Assembly (NCBI RefSeq): GCF_001194135.2
Contig: NC_068985.1
Location: 34,509,006 to 34,543,191 of the forward strand
Direction of reading: 5' to 3'
Length of the DNA stretch: 34,186 nt
Origin: Octopus bimaculoides
Lineage: Eukaryota
This document shows, one piece after another, positions 10,106 to 22,273 of this stretch (within the stretch, counting starts at the first letter, position 1; the number at the start of each line of letters is the position of its first letter). The notes beneath the pieces were generated by a model. That model searched no databases. It worked only from the letters and a program-made list of their open reading frames with translations, and was not told the origin of the DNA. Made by a program: the position numbers and the translations under genes.

Positions 10106-11361
10106 TTCCATAAATAATGTTATTTTTTATATACTTCTATTATTTTTCAAAATCAAGAGAAACAAAGTTCTTTTTTCATCTAAAATATACTCTCCATTAT
10201 TTTCTACAATGCTCTTCCATCTATCTGGTAGACTTGCAAGGCCCCTCTTCCAAAATTCACTTGTCTGTGACAAAAAAATAATCCTCTGGTACTGCTCTGA
10301 CCTCATCTACAGAATTTATATTTTTCCCATCCAAATGACTTTGAAAACTACTGAATAAATGATAATCAGATGGTGCAATGCCCAGCAAATATGATGTGGT
10401 GTGTGTGTGTGTGTGGGTGGGTGGGGGGTGTTTCCCATTCAAACTGCCCCAGTCTTTGGAATCTCATCCTTGCTGTATGTGGCCAAGCATTATCCTGATG
10501 GAAGAACACCTTTTGCCTTGAAACCAAAGATGGTCGTTTTTTTCTACAATCAAGCTGCAGTAGATCTTTGTTATCGTTTGCTTTGGGTTTAAAAGTTCAA
10601 AGTGGACTAAACCTTTCATATCCCTCTAAACAGATAACAACACCTTACGTGGGTGAAGACCTTTAAGTCTGGGGTGTTTCTTATTTCCCTACTAACTGTC
10701 CTTGGTGCTTGACATTTTTATAGAGAATCCATTTCTCGTCACCAGTCACAAGTTGGTCCAAAAAGGTTCATCTGTGAGACGTGACAGCAAAGAAGATCAC
10801 ACATTCACTCTTTGCATGCAATTAGACTTGAAAAGTTTGTGAGAAACCCATTAACTGTTCTCTTTTCCAATGGCACACAGGTGTCAATGAATAGTTGAAT
10901 AACCAAATTCAAGTATCTCTGCTAGTTTCTCAAATGTTACGATGGAATTTGGCTCCACCAGGTTTTTCGGAACATCCTTGTTGGGCTTTACAGATCTTTC
11001 AGGACAAGGCTCACCTGCAAAAGTGTAGTTTCCAGCTCAGAATTTCTGAAACTACCAGTTGACACTGGCTTATGCTTATTGTCTGATCCCCATATACTGC
11101 ATTAATATTCCTTGCACTTTCTGCTGTGTTTTTGCCTTTATTGAACTCATAAGGCAAAATATGCCAAATATGTTCCATTGTCACTTTGAAAAAATAGCTG
11201 TTAGAATTGAACTGCACTCTTCAAAACTTGCACTAAGAGTAAGGACAAGGTAAAATTACTACCTGCTTTTATACCAAGTTGATGCAGGTAGCTTATCCCA
11301 TCCCGCACTGAGATTTAGTCCATGCAATTGAAAAAATTGCCTTATTTATAGGATGACCCAA
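10106..11361 (-). mobile_element. Mariner DNA transposon, degenerate; left end lies in the gap
   Basis: Fragments MEHIWHILPYEFNKGKNTAESARNINAVYG and IAPSDYHLF...HLDGK. The right TIR ...ggatgacccaa is followed by TA. Colinear with 29589-30818. Confidence 0.88.
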
Positions 11362-11850
11362 TAAAATATGTATTTTATACACATACACACACACACATAA
11401 CATCATTATGATCGTTATTTTTTCTGTTTTCTAAGCTGGCATGTGTAAGGTGGTTCAACAGGATTCAATGAATTGGAGGACCCGATCTTATTTCAATGTC
11501 TCAATACTAAGGAGAAAATGCATTTGATCATGTCTGACTTGGAAGTAAACAACAACAACAGGACTGATCATCTAGCCATAATTAATATTGAGTATAAAAA
11601 ATCAAAGAGAAAGTGATCTTTATCTTGATTTATCACACTTATATTGGTAACTGAATTTTTAAAGTGTTTTTTATGTTATTTTGTTTTTGTTTTGTTTTAT
11701 TTCAGTATACTTTACTATATCCTGATATTATATTATAATGCTATAAACGTTCTTTAATACATCTGATCCTAGAAACAGTTCATTTCAGATGTCATGTACC
11801 ACACATATATAGACAATAAACATATTTATTTTACATTTTTATTTTCATAG

Positions 11851-11892
11851 ATGAGGAAAATGCTTATGCTACTATTTCATTTGCATCTGATA
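11851..11892 (+). CDS. 42-nt phase 1-1 micro-exon, (N/D)EENAYATISFASD
   Basis: Acceptor tttttattttcatAG, donor GTAAGT, stop-free. Confidence 0.82.
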
Positions 11893-12619
11893 GTAAGTAT
11901 AATTAATGCCTATTAGTAAATAGAATTGTAGTTCATATTACTCTCAAAAATATATTTTGCCTTTCGCCTTTCACTTGTTTGAGTCACTTCTCTGCATCCA
12001 TAGTGGTGTACTATCTTGAAGACTTTTAGTTGAATAAATTAACCCTCCTGCTGCTTTTTCTATCAATTTTTTTTACTAAACAACTCAGTTACTCAAGAGA
12101 GGTAAACTAATCATCACTGGTTGTCAAGTGCTGAGAGTATAATCACAAAGACAGGCATGCATAAATACACACACACAAACACATGTGCGTGCATTCACAG
12201 ACACACACACACACACACACACACGCGCGCGCACGCACAGAAATATATGACAGGCTTCTTATGTTGTTTACATTTCATGGCAGTAATTGCTTTCACCTCA
12301 ATAGACGTCAGTGATTGGTTGAAATTACCGAAATACGACAATTTTTTTACATGAAATAACTTCGAATACAAAATTTTTTATCTGTTCTATAACACAAAAT
12401 ATACAAGTATACGAAGTTTGAAAGTGTTTCGGTACCAAAATCACTACATAAAACATAAATGAAAAGTGGTACCTGTCAATTCAGAAAGATCCAATATTAA
12501 TTATTGTTTATTCAACTGTTAAGGTTTATTCCCTCTGGCTTCCAACTCACACCATTGATTTTTTAAAAAAATTAGTCACCCAATCAAATTCAATTGCTTA
12601 TTCATTATACTATAACAAC

Positions 12620-12855
12620 TATTGCATAATTATTGTGGCTTTTTTCCAACAAAAACAATAACAATATTTTACAAAAACATCTTTAAGTGATGGTCTGACC
12701 GTCTGCCAAGCAAATGGGGGGTGGGCAGTAATTGAAGTAGATGGTGAATATGTTCCGGAATAATCATTTAAAGATGTTTTTGTTACATATTATTATTTTT
12801 TTTGTTGAATAAAATTTGGTGAAAAAACCCACAATAATTATGCACCAACCCAATA
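12620..12855 (+). mobile_element. Mariner-derived miniature element (transposase C-terminus between ~70-bp inverted ends)
   Basis: The interior encodes RLPSKW..AVIEVDGEYVPE*. The right end is taattatgcaccaacccaa-TA, and the left arm is an inverted copy of the right subterminal region. Confidence 0.7.
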
Positions 12856-13483
12856 CATTGCATTATATTATATCCTTAATATTAAATCAAAAACTATATA
12901 TAAAAGCGAGTACAAATGTACAGGTTATATCCAGAAGTAGGAATTGCAAATAATTAAAAGGAATAAGAATGCAAAATAGGTATTTAAAAGTTGAAATTAC
13001 AAAAACAATTTAAATTAAAGTGGTAGATGAGAAATTAAATAAGTAAATAAATATTCAAAAAGTATATATAATGCCACAAATAAAAAAAAAAGAAAGAAGA
13101 AATGATGGAAATATTAGACACGAAGGTAAAAAGCTAAAGACAGAAAAAGAGGAGGAGGGAGAAGAAATATACAAAATATATATACATAAGAAAATATATA
13201 TACATAAAAATATATCTACATCTGAACATTTGCACTGATACATATATGTACATATTTGTTGATGTATGCAATGTACACATACATATATGAAAACATACAA
13301 GCATACATGTTTGTATATATTTGGTCACACACAAGCCCAAATATAAAAACATAAAATAACATGCAAATTTACATAAAAACATTCATATATCACATATAAA
13401 GTATACATACACATGCACACAAAATGTTTATATACACTCGTGTGTTAAACATATGCAAACAAAAAAATGACAGAGTAAAATAG

Positions 13484-13600
13484 GCATGGCTGTGTGGTAA
13501 GAAGTTTGCTTCTCAACCACATGGTTCTGGGTTCCGTCCCACTGTGTGGCACCTTGGACAAGTACCTTCTATTATAGCCTTGGGATGACAAAAGTCTTGT
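13484..13600 (+). mobile_element. SINE family B, head half
   Basis: ggcatggctgtgtggtaagaagtttgcttctcaaccacatggttctgggttccgtcccactg, ending at a (TG)n tract. Confidence 0.8.
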
Positions 13601-13629
13601 GTGTGTGTGTGTGTGTGTGTGTCTATAAA

Positions 13630-14560
13630 GAAGTGCACCTGTGGAAGAGGGAGACCCAGGAAGAGATGGGATGAAGTGGTGAGGACTGATCTCAGAATGT
13701 TAGGACTCACAGAGGAAATGACACTGGACAGAGATGTCTGATGCTATGAAGTTCTAGAGAAGACCTACCCGAGTCAGTGAACCTGAGTTCTAGAAGCATT
13801 ATGTCCCACAATAAAACTTTCACATGCTCTACCCCAACAAACCAAACTACATCCCCCACTTCCCTCTCCAAAGTGTCTCTTTTCTTTACATTTCCCCTTC
13901 ATACACTCTCCAATCCAGTCCTTGCTACCCTGATCACTGTATCGTTGCTTCCCCTCTCCCCTACTCAGATTCTAACCAGTCACAGCATTCCCCACTTCCA
14001 CTCCCCAACTCAGTCCACACTACTCTGCTCACAGCATCACTGCTTCTCCCCATCCCCTCTCTCTATATATATACCCAGATTCTTTCCAGTTAAGGCATTC
14101 CTCCATTCCCAACTCATGACTCCTTGGTGATACCCTGCCAGCACTTGTCACAATTCATCTCCCCCTTTCTTACTCTACCATCCCATCTATGCCTTGATCC
14201 CTGTTCATTGCAAGTATACCCTGGTACTTGCCGCCATCCCTCTCCTGCCCTTGCTGTCTCCTACTCTCTCTCTCTCCCTCTTTCCTTTGCTCTCCCCTCT
14301 GGCTGAGTAATCACGTATCTCCTCTAGAGCAACAAACCTGTTTCTGCCCTCATTCTCATTAACTCTTGCTCTCCCGCTCTCTGGCTAGGTCACCATGGTC
14401 CTCCGCAACAACAAGACATCTGTTCTACCTCTCTGTCACACTCTAATCTTTCATCATCTGACACAAGTTCAGCTTCTCCAATGCCTCCCCCTCCCCTCTC
14501 AAAGAATCTTTGTCTTGCAAAGTCACTTGGTGACCCCACCAGTGCAGGTGCCGCTGTGTA
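13630..14560 (+). mobile_element. RTE-related C-terminal fragment with pyrimidine-rich 3'UTR
   Basis: TCGRGRPRKRWDEVVRTDLRMLGLTEEMT matches the RTE end at ~3465-3600. The downstream pyrimidine-rich region has internal repeats and is inferred to be its UTR. Confidence 0.6.
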
Positions 14561-14815
14561 ATTCTGTTTAAGTAACATTGATTGGGCAATAACTATCTTG
14601 TCCATTAAAGTCTGCTCATGAGAGAATAAGAACATTTCTTATCTAAGAGTCAGAAATTAAAACTAATACCTGATACTCATGTTTATACAGATAATGGTGT
14701 GTATGCGTGTGTGTGTGCACATGCATGCATGTGTGTTTATTTGTGCATGTGTGTGTGTGCGCATGCACGTGTGTGAGTCTATCTTGTATTTAGTATGCTA
14801 GTTTCAGCACAACAC

Positions 14816-15330
14816 ATCATCATCATTGTCATCATCGTCGTTTAACGTTCGCTTTCCATGCTAGCATGGGTTGGACGATTTGACTGAGGACTGGTGAAAC
14901 CAGATGGCTACAACAGGCTCCAATCTGATTTGGCAGAGTTTCTACAACTGGATGCCCTTCCTAACTCCAACCACTCCGAGAGTGTAGTAGGTGCTTTTAC
15001 GAAGGCCAGTCAGGCGGTACTGGCAACGGCCATGCTCAAAATGGTGTATTTTACATGCCACCTGCACAGGAGCCAGTTCGGCGGTTCTGGCAACGATCTC
15101 ACTTGAATGTCTTTACACATGCCATCTGCCACAAGTGCCAGGAAGGCGATGCTGAGCACAGGTGCCATTGACGGTTTCGCTTTCACTTGCACCAATAGGT
15201 CTTCGCAAGCCAAGTTTCGTTTCCAATGAAGGAGACGACATTGGCATGGGTGCCAGTCATCGAATTTAATTCGATTTCAGTTTCCCTTGCCTCAACAGGT
15301 CTTCGCAAGCGGAGTTTAGTGTCCAATATA
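14816..15330 (-). mobile_element. RTE-family 3'UTR with (GAT)n tail
   Basis: catcatcat...cgtttaacgttcgctttccatgctagcatggg...ctggatgcccttcctaactccaaccactc is the reverse complement of the RTE tail. Confidence 0.85.
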
Positions 15331-15384
15331 TTCTAAATATTATTTAAAGCCATGTATCATATTCATTACTTCAATTTCTTAAAG

Positions 15385-15426
15385 AAGTGGATAATGCTGG
15401 TGTTAATGTTTTCAAGAAATGTGATA
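15385..15426 (+). pseudogene. Inactivated 42-nt micro-exon paralog, (x)VDNAGVNVFKKCD
   Basis: Acceptor ttcttaaAG intact. The donor reads CTAAGT instead of GTAAGT, and the conserved Tyr codon is GGT. The downstream intron (aataaaattacattcatt) is homologous to that after 16663. Confidence 0.7.
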
Positions 15427-16327
15427 CTAAGTATATAAACAACCCTTTAATAAAATTACATTCATTAAAACACAAGTTCATCCTTTTGTTTTATTTTAAT
15501 TTCAGTCAGAGGTTATGGCCATACTTGGGGACCACCATTAGAGTTAATACTTGTTTGTTTTGGGTTCATTTCCAAGCCCTGTCTCTGGAATCAGTCCAAG
15601 TGAAGTTAGCAAAAAATTATTTCTTTGTGTAAAATATATGGTTTAATAATATGTCTATGGATGTTCTTAAATACAACATAGAAAATCAGTTGTTGTTGAT
15701 AATTAACTGCAATCAGTCCCATTTTTAGATACTTCTCGCCTTAAAATATCTTATTTCTCCAGCCATATTTGTGAATGGCTTTTAATGGTAACATGCTTAA
15801 TTTTAACTGTCAACAAAACTTTTGAATGACAGAAATAGAAGAATTTCATAACAAATTAATTAATTTAGTCTCATAACATTCTGAGTTCAAAATGTGTAGG
15901 AGTAAATTTTATTCTGTGAACCAACCTATAAGTACTAGTTTTATATAATTTCTCTTATAAAATTAGCATTTTGATAATGGAATAAAATTTTGAGTGCCAA
16001 TTCATTGGAGAACTTTCTGTTCAAGCACTAGTTCTGAAATACCATTTAACCAAAATTGCTCTTTGTTTCCTTTTGTTCATACAGAATGGATTTATTATGC
16101 AATTCTTTTCTTTTCTGCAATATACCAATGAGGGATAAAGAACTAATATTGTACACCCAGTTTCATTGGAAGTCAAATATTAATTTGTTTCTAAATACAT
16201 GTGTATATCTATATAAAATATATAATATATTTTATTATTTTTTTAGTTACTTTCTGTGCCACATCAAAATATTTAAAACATCTTCTTGAAACAATAATTA
16301 TGCCTATTTTTAATTAATTTCTTGAAG

Positions 16328-16387
16328 CTATGGAAAAGCAATATGCTAAAACTAGAAGGTCCCATTATTTAGAAATGAAACCACTAG
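16328..16387 (+). CDS. 60-nt phase 1-1 micro-exon, (x)MEKQYAKTRRSHYLEMKPL
   Basis: Acceptor ttaatttcttgaAG, donor AG|GTAAGT, stop-free, YLEM motif. Confidence 0.82.
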
Positions 16388-16621
16388 GTAAGTACAATTA
16401 ATATTCTTAGTGCACAGCATGATCTTAGAAATTATCAGTGAACATCCATGAAATGTAACACTCTCTAACTTTGGTCTATTGATATGTGTGTACATGCATG
16501 TCTGTGTATGTGAGTGTGTTTGGGTATATCTCATTTGTGTTTATAATGCTTGTATCAGCACAATACTAACATAATTTAAATGTTATTTATAACCATGTTT
16601 AAAAAATTCATTTTCTTAAAG

Positions 16622-16663
16622 ACCTGGAAGGTGTTTATGTCAACATTTTACAGAAACCTGGTG
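16622..16663 (+). CDS. 42-nt phase 1-1 micro-exon, DLEGVYVNILQKPG
   Basis: Acceptor ttttcttaaAG, donor G|GTAAGT, stop-free, YVNI motif. Confidence 0.82.
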
Positions 16664-16862
16664 GTAAGTATATAAGTAATCCATTAATAAAATTACATTC
16701 ATTAGAGCAAGAGTTAGCAAAATCTTAGTTCACTCTTTCTTTGAGTAGAATATACAGCTTAATATACGACTTTTATCTTTTAGTTCTTTCAATCACTGAA
16801 CTGTAGCTTTGCTAAGGCACCACCTTGAAGGGTTTAGTCCAACAAACCCACCCAAGGACTTA

Positions 16863-19800
16863 TTACAGTTGTTTATAATTATGTGATTCATTTAGAAATT
16901 AAGAACAATTATTATACAATAAGAATACAACGAAGCTGATGACACTGCAGTGCAATGAAAAAAGGGAGAAGAGATATGAATAACACTCTACTGTTTTTCT
17001 ACCTGCAACATCTGACAGGTTTACATCAGTGTCAGTGAAAAAGGAATATATTTTACAAAAGAAAGACAAAATAACTTCAAAAAATGGAGAAAGAAAACCA
17101 CAGCATCACAGCACCAAGTGCTTCAATTGGTCGCATACTCCAAGGTTCAACAGAACTTACTGAAGCAAATCAACACATGTGCAACATCACCATGGGTGAT
17201 GACAAGGCTAAGGCATTGGAAAAGCCAAGCACCCTTAAGGGAATCATCTGACACCTCGGTAAGGCAAACTGCCAACAGTGTCAGGTTTAGCTGGAATTAG
17301 TCCTGCTCATCCCTTTATTTACCTTACAACTCCTGTAGCAGCCAGCTTCCAGCCATTGCCTCCTGCACCATCCCCCACTGAACCCCACCACCAATGCTAA
17401 TGCTCTTCATCCAACTCCTCCCTCTACTTTCATTTCTAACTTTCCTCCATTTCCCCTTATTCACCTCACCACTCCTGTAACAACTAGCGTACCTCCATCG
17501 CCTCCTGCACCCCCCAAGCCCCCCACCAGAGTTAATGTTGTTCACCCAGCTACTCCCTCTACCTCCAACACTTACTAAGGTTCAAAGCAAACATTTTTCA
17601 AACTGGACATACAACTAATGTCACTTCAGCTCCAACATACTTTGGAGAACAAAACTTTGCTCTGAAGTCCAGATCCCTGTTGAGGATTTTGCTGTCGTGC
17701 TCCAGGGATTGCCCAAGTTGAAGTTCATCAACTGAATTCCTAAGGGAGCTTGGACTTGTTTCACCCATGTTGTCCCAAAGCTGTTGAAGAATGTCTGCTT
17801 ATCCTTCAACACTATGGATTGGCAGAGATTATTCCTTTTCCCTCTGGTCTCTCTCCATATGAGGAACGTGAGTACTGGAACCCTCATATCTTCCCTTAAA
17901 TGGCAGTTTGAGCTGTTCAAATCCACCCCAACCACTGTTCGTTGCAGATCAGTGATCAGCACAGCCCCAAACAATGGTCAATCACCAAACTTAAGGAAGG
18001 CCAGTAATGCCATATTCAGCAAATATGACATTAAAGGTGCTGTTCACCTCCTCCCCTCTTTGTTGTCCCTCACCCAGTGTACCACAGATTCCCTCAGTGA
18101 ATTAGGAGAAACATTCTCCGACCCCTCTGGATGAGTACCTACACTGGCCCAACCCACCAGGTGTTTTACAACCTGTTTTTACCTCCAACGATGTCAAGAA
18201 GGTGATTGCATCCTTTCCTGTGGGTTCTGGTGCTGGGATCAATGGTTTACAACCTCAGCATCTCAAGGATGGTATCTCCCTGTCAGCCAGTGCTGCCAAT
18301 CTTATGCTGTTCATAAACTTATTTTTGTCTGAGAGTGTCTTTTCTTACATTCGTCCACTATTCTTTGAGGTGACTTCCACCCCATAGCAGTTGGTTGCAC
18401 TCTGTGTCTGTGATGACTCACAGCAAAAGTGTGTCTGTCCTCTAACTGCAGGTCTGCCAAATTTTCCCCTATTCAGCTAGGTTGTGAGGCTGCTGCTCAT
18501 GCCTCTAGAGCTTTCACCAACTTGCTCTCTGGGTCCCCAAAGGTCATCCTCAAACTACACCCCAGAAATACCTTCAGTTTCATCAGTCGGGATGTCATCC
18601 TCTGTGCAGTAAAGGAGAATGCCCTACAGCACTATCACATTGCTTGGAAAGCTTATCAGAAGGCCTCCTACCTCTCCTATGGTGACCATCTTATCCTATC
18701 TGCCTCTGGAGTGACCTACTTAGACCTGCTCTATTTGCACTACATATTGATGATGTTACCAAGATGGGAGCTGACCTGGATTTGACTGTCTGATATTTTG
18801 ATGATGCTTATTTGGAGGGGCCCTCCTGATAAGGTCCTTTCAGCTGTGAGGATGATGATTGAGGAACTTGGTTGTAGGGGCCTTAGCATTAAAGTTCCAC
18901 TTGTAAATTCTGACTCCACAACCATCCAGCTTCACATTAGCAGACTGTAAACCTGTTTACAAACCCCTTTCCCTCTATCACACTTCCTCCTTCATCAGTG
19001 TGGGGATCTCTTGGAGCCCTAATTACTGATCAAGCTTTTGAGTATCATTCTTTCGATCCAAGATGGCTAACACAAAATTCTTGAGGTACCTGAGCCCCAT
19101 CAAGGTTTTTTTTATACTTAGGAATTACTTGTCAATTCTTAAGTTATTGTATTTTCTCAGAGTTAGTCCTTCTTATAGATTCTCGGCATCTCTACAATGC
19201 TTTGATGACCTTATCTTCAGAAAGCTCAAATGCTTAATGTCAAACTCATTCCAGAGTCTCATGACCTGGCTGCTTTACCCAAATGGTTTGGGGGTCTAGG
19301 TTTGTGCAAGTACTCATTGCCATCTCTTCCCTATTTTCTTTCTTCCATCCATGCTTGCTCTCCTTTAGTAGACAACATTCTCTCTTCAACATGGACTAGT
19401 TCCAACAGGGAGGTGGATGAAACTCTGCTACAGTGGAGAGACCTGGGTTCATCAGTTTCTGTTACAGTTGAGGATACACAAAAGCAGAGTGTATGAGACA
19501 ATCTGCATTCAGGTGTCACTTTCAATTCTCTCTTTGATCAATCTGATCAATTTTCAAGGTGTTGCCTACTTTTTGCTAGTGCAAGATTCTCGGTGGACTG
19601 GATTGATGCCCTGCCTGCAGCCAACATTGGAAGTCTTCTCAATCTAGATGAGCTCTGCATCTCCATTGAACTCAGAGTGGGAGCTGACGTTTGTAGAAGA
19701 CTGAAATGATGCTGTGATAGGCCCCTTCACTCTACAGGTCTTCACAGTCTGTCTTGCCAGCTAAATGCTGGTCGTTTTGTTTGTCACACTGAGCTAAACT

Positions 19801-20217
19801 AAATCCTTAAGTGAGCCCTGGCTTAGATTAATATCCCCTTAGTTCTGGAACCAGTAGGATAATCCAGAAGTGATGGGAAGAGACCAGATGGTCTTACCCT
19901 CTGTCTTTGATTAAGAGGTAGGTGCCTCATCTGGGCTTCCACAGTCTGTGACTCTTTTGCACCCTCCCATATCTTGGATGCTGCAGTAAATAAGAGGTTC
20001 ATTGCTTCTGTAGCTGAATGGAACAAAAACCTGGAGTATTGGGACCTGGCAATGAAGTATCTATTCCAGCCTATAGTGTTTGAAACACTTGGAGGGACTG
20101 GGTCACTAAAGATGAAGTTCTTGTCATCGTTGACAGCTTGCCTTACTGAGGTGTCAGGTGCTGCCCTTAAAGGTGCTTGGCTTTTCCAAAACCTTAGCCT
20201 TGTCATAACCTATGGTG
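16863..20217 (+). mobile_element. CRE-clade non-LTR retrotransposon, degenerate; ORF body on + (~17300-20217) and 3' end/UTR on - (~16863-17290)
   Basis: IPKGA...DWQRLFLFP near the N-terminus. SYLSYGDHLILSASGV and YFDDAYLEG correspond to the CRE RT region and WYLDD motif. REL domain SDGKRPDGLTL...LIWASTVCDSFAPSH...FQPIVFETLG...WLFQNLSLVI. Many stops and frameshifts. Confidence 0.85.
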
Positions 20218-20599
20218 GGTTTCTTTCAGTTTCCATTTACCAAATCCACACACAAGGCATTCGTTGGCACTGGGCTACAGTGGAATACAATTGTCCAAGG
20301 TTCCTCACAGTGGGACTGAATCCAGAATCATGTGTTTAGGAAGTAAACTTCTTACCACAGGGCTACACTTGCAAAGCTTTGAAAATGTTAAAATTTCACA
20401 GTATATGCAATAAACCTCTAGCGGACATTCCTATTTAACTCTGATATTTTACCCTATTATTAATCCTTACTCTTAATAATCCAGTGCATAAGCATATATT
20501 TTGTAAGCTATATTTGTACAAAAAATCCAAATAATAATATAACTAATATTGAATTCAGTAAATATTTGCCTAGACATGAGACACAAACTATGGAACACA

Positions 20600-20705
20600 T
20601 ATCATCATCATCATCATCCTTGTTTAACATCCATTTTCCATGCTGGCATGGGTTGGACGGTTTGACTGAGGGCTGGCAAATAGAAGGCTGCACCAGGTTC
20701 CAATC
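20600..20705 (-). mobile_element. RTE 3' tail, inverted relative to the adjacent RTE
   Basis: catcatcatcatccttgtttaacatccattttccatgctggcatgggttggacggtttgactgagg. Confidence 0.85.
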
Positions 20706-20736
20706 CATAATAGGGAATGGAATCTGCTGCACCAGG

Positions 20737-21490
20737 CTCCCTGAGAGAAAATTTGGGCATAAGAAGCATCAAATGTGGTGTGCAAGAGAGACTGTGCTGA
20801 GATGGTCATGTGTTACGTATGGATGAGAACAGATGTGTGAGGAAGTGCCACTCTCTAAGTGTGAAAGGAACCTGTGGAAGAGGTAGACCCAGGAAGACAT
20901 GGGATGGAGTAGTGAAGCATGACTGTCGAACATTGGGCTTCACAGAGGCAATGACAGGAGACCAATACCTTTGGAGATATGCTGTGATTGAGATCGCAGC
21001 CATGGCTGATGCTAGTGTTGCATGTCTGGCCCATTTGAGAGTACCCGGGTAATATGATATGCTTGAGAAGACCTGTTGAGTCAAATAAAACCAAAATCGT
21101 AGCTGTCACCAGTGCCCCGACTGGCTCCCATTCTGGTGGCACGTAAAATGCATCATCCGAATGTCATTGATGCCAGGTCTCCACCTGACTGGCTCCCGTG
21201 CCAGTGGCACATAAAAATCATCACCTGAACGTGGCTCCCATGCTAGTGGCACGTAAAAAGTACTATCCGAATGTGACCAATGCCAGGCCCGCCTGACTGG
21301 CTCCTGTGTCAGTGGCACATAAAAATCACCCTCTACACTCTCAGAGTGATTGGTGTTAGGAAGGGCATCCAGCTGTAGAAACATTGCCAGATCAGATTGG
21401 AGCCTGGTGCAGCTACTGGTACTCCAGACCTCAGTCAAACCATCCAACCCATGCCAGCATGGAAAATAGACGTTAAACAATGATCATGAC
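20737..21490 (+). mobile_element. 5'-truncated RTE LINE C-terminus plus 3'UTR
   Basis: MDENRCVRKCHSLSVKGTCGRGRPRKTWDGVVKHDCRTLG, then ~4 UTR repeat units and the ccatgccagcatgg/(GAT)n tail. Confidence 0.88.
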
Positions 21491-21593
21491 GATATTTTAT
21501 TATATTTTTAGTTACTTTCTGTGACATAAAAAATATTTAAATCATTTTCTCCAAACAATAAATATGCCCATTTGTTTATTTAATTTCTTGAAA

Positions 21594-21653
21594 CCATGGA
21601 AGAGCAAAATGCTGAAGCTAGTGAGCCAGAATATTTAGAAATGAAACAACCAT
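21594..21653 (+). CDS. 60-nt micro-exon paralog, (x)MEEQNAEASEPEYLEMKQP; acceptor reads AA
   Basis: Homologous acceptor position is ttcttgaAA. Donor GTAAGT, length and frame are intact. An in-frame AG lies 9 nt downstream (21601-21602). Confidence 0.6.
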
Positions 21654-21912
21654 GTAAGTACAACCAATACTGTTAGTACACAGCATGATCTTAGAAATTA
21701 TCTTAAACAAAAACAGAAAGTGAACAGCCATGAAGTGTATCACTCTCTAACTTTGGTCTATTAATATGTGTGTACATGCATGTATGTGTGTGCGAGAGTA
21801 TTTGAGTGTACCTCATTAGTGTTTATTATGTTAGTATCATCACAATACTAATACAATTTAAATGTTAACCATAGCCATGTGTTTTTAAATCTATTTTTTA
21901 AATTTCTTGAAG

Positions 21913-21954
21913 ACATGGGATGTGCTTATGATAATGTGTCAAAGAAACCTGGTG
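21913..21954 (+). CDS. 42-nt phase 1-1 micro-exon, (D/Y)MGCAYDNVSKKPG
   Basis: Acceptor tttcttgaAG, donor G|GTAAAC (weaker), stop-free, YDNV motif. Confidence 0.72.
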
Positions 21955-22273
21955 GTAAACAATCCATTTATAAAATTACATTCATTAGAGCAAGAGTTAG
22001 CAAAATCTTAGTTCAGTCTTTTTTTGTGTAGTATGGGCAGCTTGATGTTTGTCATTTATTTTTTATTTGTTTCAGTGACTAGATAGCAGCCATGGTAAGG
22101 CACCACCTTGATGGGTTTAGTCCAACAAATCCACCCAAGTACTTAATATTTTTAAGCTTTATACTCATTCTGTTGTTTTCTTTTGCCAAACCATTAAGTT
22201 CTATGGATGTAAACAAATCCACACCAATTGCGATGTGGTAGTTGTTGATGAACAGAAAGACACACCCACTCTC

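Larger units (their letters stand above)
7571..12240 (+). repeat. Three tandem copies (A1-A3) of a ~0.8-0.9 kb exon-bearing unit, interrupted by SINE, solo LTR and mariner insertions
   Basis: Colinear blocks start at ~7571, ~8722 and ~11566 (atcatcta.c.ata...aaaaagtcaaaga.a.agtgatc). Each contains the same 42-nt micro-exon followed by a decayed minus-strand SINE tail. Confidence 0.93.

Noticed and set aside
7571-12240. Tandem units as an assembly artefact
   Set aside because: The copies differ by substitutions, indels and distinct TE insertions with proper TSDs, so they are real paralogs. A2/A3 being allelic haplotypes joined across the gap is not fully excluded.
14389-14561. Strong polypyrimidine-AG followed by an open phase-1 frame (HHGPPQQQ...PMPPPPLSK...AAV*), a possible alternative terminal exon
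   Set aside because: It lies in what appears to be an RTE 3'UTR with internal repeats. Exonisation cannot be excluded, but nothing in the sequence supports it beyond the acceptor.
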